From positions 5,251 to 69,250 of IMG/VR virus record IMGVR_UViG_3300001683_000022: a DNA stretch of 64,000 nucleotides; one strand, given 5' to 3'. Origin of the DNA: a virus. The translations under genes were made by a program, and so were the position numbers. Positions 8,688-20,100 of the stretch are shown piece by piece; the first letter of the stretch is position 1; every line of letters begins with the position of its first letter. The notes beneath the pieces are model-generated. The model ran no database searches and had not been told where the DNA came from. It was given only the letters and a program-made list of their open reading frames with translations.

Positions 8688-11015
8688 ATGGGATGGTTTG
8701 ATGATGATGTAGAGGCTGACTCGACAGTTATAAGTATGCCCCTATTTCCTGATAAACCTTATATAGATCCTATAACTAGTGGTCTTGTTCAAGGGGTAAT
8801 TCGGAATACGGATATACCATCTAGGATGATTCTTGCACATACCCAATCGTTCGGGCCTAAAGTAGAAAAACTCTTCAAGTATGGAGAATCTACCTACTAT
8901 TATGGGTTACCTTCTGGGGAGTTAACTTCTTCATCTGTTCCTAACCAAGATGTAGCTAATATAGCTTTTGCATTAAATAAACAAGCAGAAGCTTATTTAG
9001 CTACAAATGTTTCAAGACTTCAAGCAATAGAGGATGCCTCTGAAACTAGATGGATTAACGCTAAAGTAATATCTGATCGTTACTATTTATATTGGCAAGA
9101 AAAGAAACTTATATCAGATACTGCATATACTTCTTGGTTAGGTTACTTAGGTGATCCTACCATTAAGAGTGCATATGAATCTGCGTATGATGAGGCACTA
9201 GTACAAACATTTATATGGGAAGCTAAGTATCAAGTTAAACTCTCTATTACTACAGCAGATCTAGCTCAATATACTCAAGATCAGGCAGCTACTGTAACTG
9301 AAACCTCTATAGCTACAAATCCTAATATTAGTATAATTTCTTCGGTTATACAAGATACCTCCCCTGAAGAAATAATCTACGAATACCTACAAGATACATA
9401 TAGATTTGATCCGGTTACAGGAGAGATGTTATATGGAAACCCTGAGGGCATTACAAGGTTTTTATTTGATTATGAGGTATTGGGGTCACGGATAACTGTA
9501 ACCCTCTTAGAAGAGTATTTTGATGGCTCTGAGGATACTTATTCAGTAGAGCTTATCTTCTTTTATCCAAATGAATTGTCATACCAAGTTACCTATCGGA
9601 TTTTAAATGCTACTTCAGTGCATGATATGTATTGGAATTATAGAATATCTGAAGGTACTTACCCCTTACTTATAGGGAATGTTTCTGTTGTAGAGGAATT
9701 TAAGTATTTACCTATTATGCCTGTACGCATCAATGGTAAATTTATACAGGATAAACATAAAGATGATCCAATAAGGGTAACAGTAAAGAAGGCCCTCAAA
9801 TTAATTAATCTTAGCTTAGAGGACATTACTAAAGGTATAGCTGAAAATCCCGATTTACAATATATTGATGATGTTACTGTAGTTCTTGCTTTACATCCCA
9901 CTACTCAAGAACCGTTTGCTATAGAATATTTTATGGAGTTTTTTTCCTACATCCATAACACATACGGATCTCGTAATGTACGGTTACGAATAACGGAGCA
10001 GCAATATAATATAAAAGTGAGTATGTCAAATATTGCCATATCACAACACCAGGGACAAGTGCTTACAAGGAGTGATTCATCATCTGTAATTAATACATCT
10101 GCACAGACCCTCACTCTTATACATCAAGAGACAAATACTACCTATAAGAAAGTTGTTGTAACTGGATTAAGAACAAAAACAGATGTATGGAGCAAAGATA
10201 CCCAACATTTTCATTATAGTTTAAAACGCCCTAATGATGATGCATTTAGAATACCCATAAATCAGGGGATACTTAAGAGACTTGAAAAAAGAAAATCTAC
10301 TATAGTCTTATATGAAGCAGGACATTTAGTAATATATACAATCTCCTATACATATACTGCATGGTATGAGAGTGGTATTATTGGTTTAATTATTAAAGTT
10401 ATTATCTTAATAATAGTTATTGTTATTAGTATAGTTTTTCCTGCGTTTGCTCCTGGACTTATGGCTTTTGCTATGGAGGCATTAATTGTTAGTATTGCTT
10501 TTGATATTCTTAATATTGTTTTAACATACGCATTTGGGGCAGAGGTAGCAGGATACATTTTACTTGTAGCAGCGGTAGCTGTTGCAGTTTTATCTGGAGA
10601 CTTAACTAAGCTAAACTTTAAATCTGTTATATATGTTCTTGGAGCAGTTGCCCAATTATCAAGTATGGTTGTTCAAAGTATTGTTAGTAGAGAGCTTGAA
10701 GGCATTAAAGATGACTACCTTGAATTTGATTTAGATAGACAGGAGAAGAATGCAGAACTTGAAGCAGCAGAACAATTACTTTTAGGCCCCCCAGAATGGT
10801 TAGCTACCTTATGGATGCCCCAAGATACTAACCCTTCTCAAACGGTCGAGCAGTTTTATAATCTTAAACTTTCTACTAATATGGCAAAAATTGTACTGGA
10901 TATGCCTCAAAATTATGTTTCACTTACATTGGCCTTACCAAAAGTAACAAATATAGACGAAATAAAGCAGACATACGCTGATAAACACTCTTCCGAATCA
11001 AAACTAATTACATAG
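8688..11015 (+). CDS. N4 gp53-like virion protein with C-terminal transmembrane segments
   Basis: YYYGLPSG, AWYESG followed by long hydrophobic helices; synteny. Confidence 0.75.
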   Translation: MGWFDDDVEADSTVISMPLFPDKPYIDPITSGLVQGVIRNTDIPSRMILAHTQSFGPKVEKLFKYGESTYYYGLPSGELTSSSVPNQDVANIAFALNKQAEAYLATNVSRLQAIEDASETRWINAKVISDRYYLYWQEKKLISDTAYTSWLGYLGDPTIKSAYESAYDEALVQTFIWEAKYQVKLSITTADLAQYTQDQAATVTETSIATNPNISIISSVIQDTSPEEIIYEYLQDTYRFDPVTGEMLYGNPEGITRFLFDYEVLGSRITVTLLEEYFDGSEDTYSVELIFFYPNELSYQVTYRILNATSVHDMYWNYRISEGTYPLLIGNVSVVEEFKYLPIMPVRINGKFIQDKHKDDPIRVTVKKALKLINLSLEDITKGIAENPDLQYIDDVTVVLALHPTTQEPFAIEYFMEFFSYIHNTYGSRNVRLRITEQQYNIKVSMSNIAISQHQGQVLTRSDSSSVINTSAQTLTLIHQETNTTYKKVVVTGLRTKTDVWSKDTQHFHYSLKRPNDDAFRIPINQGILKRLEKRKSTIVLYEAGHLVIYTISYTYTAWYESGIIGLIIKVIILIIVIVISIVFPAFAPGLMAFAMEALIVSIAFDILNIVLTYAFGAEVAGYILLVAAVAVAVLSGDLTKLNFKSVIYVLGAVAQLSSMVVQSIVSRELEGIKDDYLEFDLDRQEKNAELEAAEQLLLGPPEWLATLWMPQDTNPSQTVEQFYNLKLSTNMAKIVLDMPQNYVSLTLALPKVTNIDEIKQTYADKHSSESKLIT

Positions 11016-11023
11016 GAACTACC

Positions 11024-11551
11024 ATGCCAATATCAAACATTCCAAATTATTTATCTTCTCTTCAGGGCTACGGATCGCCATCATACAGTTCTCTTGGGAA
11101 TGGTAATCAATCATACTTACAACAATACTCCCCTCTTAATAGAAGTCAATCAGGCTTAATACCTGGCGCTAATATGCCATCCAAAACTGGGTTCGATGCT
11201 AATTCCTTTTTGGGTAAAGGCGTAAATGCTCCCCCCAATACAAGTTCTTCCTTTTTTGGTGATGCTTCTATGAGTGATTATGGTGCTGCACTTTCTGGTA
11301 TAGGTAGTGTGTTAGGTGCTGGCGCTAATATTTATGGTGCATTTAAAAGTGCGGGTATGGCTGAGGATGCTTTTAAATTTGCTAAAGCTTCCTACTACCG
11401 GGACTATTACTCCCAGAAGGAAACAAATGATGCTCGAGAAATTAAACAAAGGGATGCAAGGGATAATTCTACTGTACCAGGTGGAACTTCTGCTTTAAAT
11501 GCTAAACTTGACGCTAATGCTGCGAAGTATAAATCACGTACTAATACGTAA
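11024..11551 (+). CDS. N4 gp52-like ejection/structural protein
   Basis: Gly/Ser-rich, GIGSVLGAGANIYGAFK..A...FKFAK; synteny. Confidence 0.7.
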   Translation: MPISNIPNYLSSLQGYGSPSYSSLGNGNQSYLQQYSPLNRSQSGLIPGANMPSKTGFDANSFLGKGVNAPPNTSSSFFGDASMSDYGAALSGIGSVLGAGANIYGAFKSAGMAEDAFKFAKASYYRDYYSQKETNDAREIKQRDARDNSTVPGGTSALNAKLDANAAKYKSRTNT

Positions 11552-11562
11552 GGAGAATTATT

Positions 11563-12552
11563 ATGACGCCAATAACTTGGAAAAATGTAGCAGCACCTAA
11601 TCTTGCACCAATAACTAAAGTATATGGAGATGCTTATGCAGACTTAGGGGATTCCGTAGCGGATATAGGATCAGCTATTGAAGGATATACCACTAAGAGA
11701 CAAGACGGTATAAACGATAAAATATCTTCTGATATAGGTTCTCAGCTAGCAAGTGCTACGAACCAAGATGAATTAACCCAAGCAGTTAACTCATTCAGGG
11801 AATCAGGATTTGATGGTAATCCAGATGTTATAAATGCGGCTATTAATAACGCATCACAGAATATTGCGAAGCGGGGGAATGATATATTTAATCGAAATAT
11901 GCAGACTTCGGAATTTAATAATACGGTAGCCCAGCAAGGAAAAGAAAACAAGATAGCAGAGAGACAAACTATCATTAATGAATATGGTCACAAGAAAGAG
12001 AAAACCAAAGATGGGCAGAGAACACTGACCCAACAATTATTATCCGCTAGTATAAATCCCGACACAAATGTGCTAGACACAGATGCATATCTTCAAAGTT
12101 TATTTGCCAATAAGATACCATTAGAAATAGGTCAAAATGCACTAACACAATTTAAGGGTGGGCTTACAGAAATAACTAAAAATGAAAATGCAAAACTAGA
12201 AAAGGATAAATATAACCTAGATCTGCAGCGAAAGTTAACTTCTCAGCATCTTACCCAAACATTAGAAAATACTAAGGGGACGGAATTTTCTGAGACAGAT
12301 AGAAATGCTATGGCAAGTGTGCTTAATGATAGGTTAGATACTTTTGGTATTTGGAATGACGATCCAGCTGTATCCCTCGGTCAAGCTGAGTTACTTCTTG
12401 GTAACGGGTACACGTTATCAGACCTCCAAGGCCAAAACGAAACATCTGTTAGGCGTTTACTAGAACTAGCCGGGAGCAGAGAACGAGAAAAACAGCCCCA
12501 GTACGCATCGGCACTACGAAGCGCAATCGAGAAACTCAATACTCAAAAGTAA
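11563..12552 (+). CDS. N4 gp51-like ejection protein
   Basis: N-terminal PITWKNVAAP; immediately upstream of vRNAP. Confidence 0.7.
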   Translation: MTPITWKNVAAPNLAPITKVYGDAYADLGDSVADIGSAIEGYTTKRQDGINDKISSDIGSQLASATNQDELTQAVNSFRESGFDGNPDVINAAINNASQNIAKRGNDIFNRNMQTSEFNNTVAQQGKENKIAERQTIINEYGHKKEKTKDGQRTLTQQLLSASINPDTNVLDTDAYLQSLFANKIPLEIGQNALTQFKGGLTEITKNENAKLEKDKYNLDLQRKLTSQHLTQTLENTKGTEFSETDRNAMASVLNDRLDTFGIWNDDPAVSLGQAELLLGNGYTLSDLQGQNETSVRRLLELAGSREREKQPQYASALRSAIEKLNTQK

Positions 12553-12580
12553 ATAACTTACAATAAATTAGGAAACTAGG

Positions 12581-15500
12581 ATGGCAGTATCAAAGTATTC
12601 GGTATCTTCTACAGGATCTTATTCGCTAAAACAATTAGAGGTTCTTAAAGCCAAAGCGGATAAGGAAAGTAAATTAGGTGGATGGGAATCTTTACCTTTA
12701 GACGAAAATAATCCTGTAACTGATGGGGATACTTTTAACGCTGCCACTGGCCCTAGTGTACGTTTAGTTCCTGATAGGCCAGGACATGTTCTAGATACTT
12801 TTGAGACAGATAAGGGTCGTCCTCTTACTGCTAGGGAGGAATTAGGCAGAGAGGTTGATAGAGGGTACCTTGCTCAAACTTTTAGGCTGGATGCTAGTCA
12901 AATTTCTAATAAGACTTTATTTAATCAAGCAGAAAAAGCTAAACAAAATGTAATAAGAGAATTAGGTGGGGATACTGAAATTCTTGTTAAGGGTAGTAAC
13001 TTACACCGTGATACCGGTGTATTTGGTAGACTCCTTAGGGCTGCCAAAAAGGACGGACAAAATTCAAATGGTGGTACGGAACAGCACTTCAGTGATATTA
13101 ATAATACTCCTGAATTAAATGCTAAGTATCACACCCTAGATAATGCGATTAAGAAGAACTTAGATCTTCAACAGAAAAAAGATGCCCGTGACATTGCTAC
13201 CAAACATTCTGTTAGTGATAAATTTAGAAAGACCCTTCTAGGAGGATCTATAAATGCCGTTGCTGGGGGAGTAACAACCGCGTTCGATATTGGGGCTAAT
13301 GTTATTAATTCTCCTGCTAGAGCGATTCAGTATACCCTCACTAAGAATATATCTAATGAAGATAGGGCAGCTGTTAAGCATCTTAAAATAATGCAAAAAG
13401 CATCTAAGATAAATAATATAGATTACGTACCTTCCGAGAATGAGGAGCGTCTATTAGCAAGTAATCCATCCCAAAAAAGTATAGTAGAAAGATTGGCTAC
13501 GGCTGAGGCTTTAGAGTCTGGTTTCATAGCTAAAATTGATAAAGTTAATGAGCACATAAGTAAGATATTTAATACTGCCGGTACGGATGCACTGGTTAAA
13601 TATGCTGGAGATCTTTATGAATACTCTATTGTTCCTATGGGGCAAGAGGGTATTGAAGATATTCAAAATGGGCAGGTAGCTGAGGGGGTTATTAAACTTT
13701 CAGGAGCTGTATCTAATGCAGCAACTGCAATATTTGGTGCTGCGGCTAGAGAACCTCAAGCTGTAGTAGAAGAGGTAATCAAACAGATCCCTAATGCATT
13801 TGCTGCTACGAGAATGACCGGATCATTTTTCTTTGGTAACTTTACTAAGTTAGCTAGTGAGGCTAGGGATAAATTTATGGAGGTCAATGGTAGACTACCT
13901 GAGGGAGAGGAAGTAAACCGTTTGTTGGTAGATACGGCATTATCAGCTGCAGCTGATACTGTTTCAGATAAGCTTATGGTATCAAAAGGTGGGGTAGCAA
14001 GATCAGTTGTACGTGAAGGAGCTACAGAGGGTACTCAAGACCTTTTAGAGCAAGATGCATATAAACAAGATATTTCTAAGTTAGAAGGTAGGTCTGCATT
14101 TGCTGCTAATGTTTTAGGACAGGTAGCTGGTGGAGGAACTACAGCTGTTACTAGTCCTAAAGCTGCATTAAAAGAAGCAGTAGCTACACCTCTTGCTGTT
14201 GCGGGTGCGCTAGGTAAACCAGCTAAAGCACTTATAAAAGCTCTTACACCTCAAGGTATTCAAAATACAATAACAGAAAAAGCAGATGCACTTAAACAAC
14301 AAGCTAAGGATAGAGCCAATTTAGCTGAAGGTGACTTATCAAGTTTGCCTCCTAAAAATAGGATTGATTATCTAATAGCAAATACCCCTAAAAATGCTTC
14401 TGAAACCCCCGACAATATGGATAAGCATATTGACGATATTAAGGGGGCTATATTTGAAATGCACGATGGACTAAATAAAGAGCTAGAGAACACTGAGGCA
14501 ACTAACGAAGAGCGCGATATACATAGGAAAGAAACTGATGAATATCAGATTAGAGCATTTGCAGCCATAAAAAAACTAAGGGAAGTAAAGATTGGATCAG
14601 CCATAGACGTAGTCATAGGAGCTAAGGAGAGCACTCCTAAGAGCGAAACAGCAATATCTAGTATCATTGGCTCAATGGATTTTGATTCGACAGTCTCAGA
14701 AGAACAGGCTAAGAAATTACTTTCTAGTAACTTATTGTCTGAAGATCAGAAAGTAAAAGTAGAAAGTTATATAGAAAAAAGAAAGTCTATGTCTGAGGTA
14801 TCAGACAATATTCTTAATGGTGGTGAAGGGTTTTTAGGTATTAACGACCATACCAGTGCGGTAGGCTTAGGTGTAGAATCTAATAACAGTAAAGCTACTG
14901 AATCTACTCTAATAGGGTTTAAAGCATGGGCAGAAAGACACTCCAATAAAGCTTCTAAGCTTCAGGATGTGCTTAATGCGTTAACTACTGGAGACATGAA
15001 TGCAGCAAAAAAAGCTCTAGCTGATGCAAATGCTATTGTAGTAGAGGGAAGTACACCTTTTTATTATGATCCAGCAAATTTTGAGCCTTTTACGCGCCTA
15101 GCTAAGACAGTCATATCTGAAGCCAATTTATTGCAGGATGCTTTTAATGAGGTAAAGGGTAAAGCTGTAGAAGCTATCCCTGAACTATCTAAGAGCGAAA
15201 AAATATCTTTGACTGTGAGCCATATAGGTGAGCAGGTAAAAACCTCTGAGAACACTGAAGAAGAGGTAGAGGTAAACACTGAATCTATACCCTCAGAAAA
15301 TAGTACAACAGATACCGTAACTACACCTACACCTACTCAGAATAGTACTGACACAGTAGTTGAGGCATCTAAAGTTTCTCAAGAATCTTTAGATTCTAAT
15401 ATTGCTACTGTTGAAAATAATATATCAAATTTAAGAGAAGAAGATGGGTCTGTTGCCGATGAAAATATGGCTGAATTTACTAAGTTGCGAAAAGAATTAG

Positions 15501-17182
15501 TAGAAGCTACATATAATGCTACGAGAGGTGATAATACAGGAAGCATAGTAGTTGTTAAATCACGCCCAACGTCTAAAGAGGGTGATCCGCAAGTATTGTC
15601 AGGGAAAAAAGTTGAAACAGCAGAAGAAAATATCGAAACTATAATTACTAACGGCATGGCTTCAGGATCAACTACTGATGCTATTATTCAATTAATTAAT
15701 ACTAAATATAGTTTTAACAGTAGTGACCAGAATCTTTTTATTAAATATGTAGAAGATAGGGTTAATAAGGCACCAACTGTAGGGAATAATAAATTGCCAT
15801 TCTCTCAATGGAGAAGAGGTGAAACTACTCAAGTTGTAGCTGAACCTGTAGTAGAGCAAAATACCTCTGGGGGAGTAAAAGCGAGGGTTCTTACATTAAA
15901 TAATGCACATAAATTTCTCACAAAAACTAGATTTAACAATGTTAGTAGTAGTAGTCAAGAGTTCTCAGACTTTAACACGGTCTTGTCTCTTATGGTTGAA
16001 AATGCCTTAGTTACAGATAAGCAGAATAGAGATGAAGCAGAATATATGTCAGATATTTATGAATATATACTTGCTACCTACTCTGGAAATACATTACCTA
16101 AATCAGGTTTAGATCCTTTAATTGTATCCAGTATTAAGAGGATATTTAGCCCCTATAGTGTAGGTAATAGTCTTACCAGAGATTCTAGAGAAATAGGCGG
16201 TATAAGTCTTAAAGATTTAGTGAAATTTAAAGCATCTACTATTATGCATACCACTAAGGATGCTTTAGGTAATGCACATAAAGAGGATACTTTATCTGAG
16301 CAAGATAAAAATAATCTAAAAGATATAAATACTTTTGTAAAAGGCTTATCTAAGGTTATTAAAGAACAAATATTTAATTCTAAGGAAACAGCACAGTCTG
16401 CAAGTAAAACAGAACAAACTACTTACACTGACTCTAAGGGTAAAACACGAACAATTACAACACCGTTAGGACATATACAGAATCCCCTTATTTATTTTAT
16501 GAAAGCTAAGCAGATCACTTCGCTTAGGATGGATCGAAAAGAGGATGGGACATATGAGGTAATTGAATATCTGCGTAATAACCCTGATACTAATCCTGAG
16601 ATGGATCAGAACTTCTATGATTCCATTGGTTTAGCTATTGTGGAATGGATTAAGAATGATTCTCAGAGTACTCTTGAAAATTATGCTGAAGATCTGAAAG
16701 CAATCCTTGGATTACCTGACGGTATTGAACCATCTGATTTAGCATGGGAGAAGATTAGGTTTGGGGGTACTGTACGTACAAGACTTGCATCTGATATAGG
16801 CGGTAAGATTGCTAAAATTTTAGGTATGTCACAGGATAATACTGCTGATGGCTCCATCTATTCTAAGATAGAAGCAAATTTAGGACTTATAGCTATAGAT
16901 GTATTGGAGAGAGAAGGGCATGTAGAACTTTCTGAATTACCTGCTGCACTTATGAAAGATATGGTGGGCAAGAAGGATTCTACCGATAGTTCTCAACTTA
17001 ATATTGAAGAAGAAAATGGAGCTCCTACCTTTCTTGTAAAAGCTGCTGAAGGTACATACCTAGCAGAAAATAGTGATGAAAAACTTCAAGGATTGTCTAA
17101 CGATTTAAGACGTATTAAAGAGGCAGGTACAAAATCCAAGGAAATAATTAAAACCTTGTTTGATGTGGGTCACTACAGATAA
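12581..17182 (+). CDS. virion RNA polymerase, N-terminal part (frameshifted)
   Basis: 1533 aa, no Cys seen, EGATEG.Q motif; with the next ORF totals ~3550 aa as in N4 gp50. Confidence 0.85.
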   Translation: MAVSKYSVSSTGSYSLKQLEVLKAKADKESKLGGWESLPLDENNPVTDGDTFNAATGPSVRLVPDRPGHVLDTFETDKGRPLTAREELGREVDRGYLAQTFRLDASQISNKTLFNQAEKAKQNVIRELGGDTEILVKGSNLHRDTGVFGRLLRAAKKDGQNSNGGTEQHFSDINNTPELNAKYHTLDNAIKKNLDLQQKKDARDIATKHSVSDKFRKTLLGGSINAVAGGVTTAFDIGANVINSPARAIQYTLTKNISNEDRAAVKHLKIMQKASKINNIDYVPSENEERLLASNPSQKSIVERLATAEALESGFIAKIDKVNEHISKIFNTAGTDALVKYAGDLYEYSIVPMGQEGIEDIQNGQVAEGVIKLSGAVSNAATAIFGAAAREPQAVVEEVIKQIPNAFAATRMTGSFFFGNFTKLASEARDKFMEVNGRLPEGEEVNRLLVDTALSAAADTVSDKLMVSKGGVARSVVREGATEGTQDLLEQDAYKQDISKLEGRSAFAANVLGQVAGGGTTAVTSPKAALKEAVATPLAVAGALGKPAKALIKALTPQGIQNTITEKADALKQQAKDRANLAEGDLSSLPPKNRIDYLIANTPKNASETPDNMDKHIDDIKGAIFEMHDGLNKELENTEATNEERDIHRKETDEYQIRAFAAIKKLREVKIGSAIDVVIGAKESTPKSETAISSIIGSMDFDSTVSEEQAKKLLSSNLLSEDQKVKVESYIEKRKSMSEVSDNILNGGEGFLGINDHTSAVGLGVESNNSKATESTLIGFKAWAERHSNKASKLQDVLNALTTGDMNAAKKALADANAIVVEGSTPFYYDPANFEPFTRLAKTVISEANLLQDAFNEVKGKAVEAIPELSKSEKISLTVSHIGEQVKTSENTEEEVEVNTESIPSENSTTDTVTTPTPTQNSTDTVVEASKVSQESLDSNIATVENNISNLREEDGSVADENMAEFTKLRKELVEATYNATRGDNTGSIVVVKSRPTSKEGDPQVLSGKKVETAEENIETIITNGMASGSTTDAIIQLINTKYSFNSSDQNLFIKYVEDRVNKAPTVGNNKLPFSQWRRGETTQVVAEPVVEQNTSGGVKARVLTLNNAHKFLTKTRFNNVSSSSQEFSDFNTVLSLMVENALVTDKQNRDEAEYMSDIYEYILATYSGNTLPKSGLDPLIVSSIKRIFSPYSVGNSLTRDSREIGGISLKDLVKFKASTIMHTTKDALGNAHKEDTLSEQDKNNLKDINTFVKGLSKVIKEQIFNSKETAQSASKTEQTTYTDSKGKTRTITTPLGHIQNPLIYFMKAKQITSLRMDRKEDGTYEVIEYLRNNPDTNPEMDQNFYDSIGLAIVEWIKNDSQSTLENYAEDLKAILGLPDGIEPSDLAWEKIRFGGTVRTRLASDIGGKIAKILGMSQDNTADGSIYSKIEANLGLIAIDVLEREGHVELSELPAALMKDMVGKKDSTDSSQLNIEEENGAPTFLVKAAEGTYLAENSDEKLQGLSNDLRRIKEAGTKSKEIIKTLFDVGHYR

Positions 17183-20100
17183 GGATGTTTCACAGACACT
17201 TAAAGGGACTCTTCAAGATACCTCTACAACCCAACGTGAGGGTCTGTTAAAACAATCTCAGGTGGAGAATAAAGTATTCACTAAAATGGTTGACATGGTC
17301 AATCTAATAGGCAGAGATGCCATATTAGCTATCATAGGTAATGTTACTGAAGATGATCTATCTCAGGAACATATTACTAGAAGAAAAGGAATCGAGAGTA
17401 ATAATAAATCTCTTGAAAGAGGGGTAGATGATTTCAAAGCATTCCAAGAATCCTTAACAGCTGATGAGATATTTTACTTACTTCATAATGTATGGAGATC
17501 TGGGCGTATAGGGGTCAATGGTAAGATTAATAATCAAACCAATAAATACATGAGATGGATGTTTGGCCCTAAGTCTTGGGAAGTTGAGATAGACGTTAAG
17601 AAAAATGATGAAAAACTAGGACAATTTAAATTAGCTATCCTAGAATCTTTTGGTATTAAGATTGAACATCTAAAAAATATTGAAGAGGTAGAATCTAAAT
17701 TTCAGGAGGTATATGATAAATTTTCTAAAAATACCAATATGGGATTTGTTCGGCTTCACGCCAAAAAGAATAGTGAAGAATCCACTAGTGAAGGGGTAGA
17801 TATAATTGTAAAGGCAGTTAAAGATGCTGGGGAAGGGATGCACTCCTTTGCAGGTTTGATTGCTTTACGTGAGTATCATTACGCTGTTTCAGAAGACTCT
17901 AAAAGATCAACAAAGTTTACAACTACCCTAAGTAGAGAGATAGACGGCATAACCAATGGTGTATTAATTGGTTTGGTTCTTATGGGTGGAGGTAAGAATT
18001 TTGATGAGATGCGACCTAAGCTAGAAGCTGCTGGATTATTTCCTGATCCTACAATGGATTACCAAAAATGGTATAACGCTGTTGAGTCTGGTGATATTGT
18101 TCATGATGATTTATATGAAGGCTTAACTAGGGATATCATTAGTGGTAAGGCTACGGCTAAAAAATTAATTACTAACCCGAAGAGTTTAATTAAAGATCAT
18201 CCAGTACATAAGCACTACACTAAACTTGTTAGCTTATCAGGGAATGCGCAAAATGCTATTGACGTAATTGATACTACATTCTCTATAGTGGGGGATATCA
18301 TAGCTGACGGTACCATTACAAAGATAGGTAGAAAGCTCTTTAAATATCCCCTGATGATTACTCTATTTGGTGCATCTGTAAATAAAGTAGCAGATGCTTT
18401 AGCAGAAGAAACTATAGAGAAGATATATGACTTAGGAATGAAAGCGGAAGATACAAGTAATAACTCTGCAAAACAAGAGAGATTATTTACCGAAGTAAAT
18501 AACTATATTGCTACCCTGTTAGGAAATACAGAGACAAAAATTGTTAATGGAAGAGCAAGAGATTTTACGTTTACTCCAACACAGGTAAATATCCTAAGTG
18601 GCAAAGTATCTGCTATGTATAGAGGGTTACTACAGGAATCCTTAGAAAAAAACTATGGGGATTTTATTAGAAACAGAGCTACATTTAATTCAGTGTTTGA
18701 GGTGATCCAACGTACCTTTGACTTAATGTTTGAGAAGAAGTATGCAGAGAAATTAAAAGAGATAAATGCAAATAAGGAGGGAGTTACTCCTATATTGGCT
18801 TTATCTAAAGAAGCTACTATTGCTTTAGTTAAATCTCTTAGAGACTTCCATCCTTCACTAAAACATGCCCTTTCTGATGAAAATATAGAGACAGAATTAT
18901 CATTCCTTAAAGGAAAATATAAACCTGACTATTCTGAAACACATACCACTCAAGTTCAATATGCTAGCCCTCATAAGCCTGAAAGAAAATTCTACCAAAA
19001 GAGTACAGAAACAGGTATGTGGGAAGACTATATTAAGGACGACTCAGTAACTAGTGCTGTAGGTCACGGTACTAGTTACCAGCTTGAAGACCCAGGACTA
19101 TCTCCCACTATTACACTTATTCACAATACTGATTCGACAGTACCCATTTCGGTATTTAATGCAGGGTTTGAAGTGTTAAATGTACATGATGCCTCGCAGG
19201 GTGCGTTGGATGTTATAGCAGATATGGCAGAAACTATGAATGCTTCTCTTGCTACTAGTATGTTCGATCACGATGTCTTTGGTGCAGCATTAGCCTCATT
19301 AAATAGAGCTATTGATAGTTTAGATGCTACGGACAAGAAGAAAATAGATAACCTTATTGCGGGTTCTGGGGGATCTTCCCTTAACCCCCTAAGTAATTAT
19401 TTCTTAGATAGTAATGGCGATGGAATATTTCTCTCCCTAGAAGAGTATATTGACTCCATACAAGGTGTTGGAGAGGAGGCCAATTTAGTTACTGCAGAAA
19501 TTAATGACCGTGTAGGTAAGGTAGCTAATTACTCAGGTATGGTTGGATCTAATAGAGGAAAGTCAACTGACTCAACTAGTGGGCATGATTCAGATGTAAC
19601 TAATTTAATAGAGGAAGTTAATGAAGGAAAACCTCTTACCCTAGAAGAGTATTTTGACAAGCAAAGGAAAGAACATGACCTGAGTGACTCAACAGAGCCA
19701 AGTCAGACAGTGATAGCTTCATGGATGAAAGGTTATGACCAGCTTGGCTCAACAGATAAGGCACAACCATTTGACTTCAAAGGTGAACCTACTAGGAAGC
19801 TTACAGGAGCTAATACTGAATCTACTTTTGAATCGCTAGGTAAGATAGATAAGCAAAATAGTGATTCTACAGCTCATACCACTCATCTAAGGGGCGTAAT
19901 ACATAATCTGATAAACAAGGTTATCACTCCTCTTGAATTGTACGTACAAAGGACTAAAGAGCAGAACTCTGGTGGATTTGATCCTGCGTACAATCGTATG
20001 GTTGTAAATGTATCAAATACTACCTCTCCTACAGCATCGGGTATACAGATGTCTGCCCAGACAGTGTTTGTACATGAACTGACCCATCACATTACAGAGA

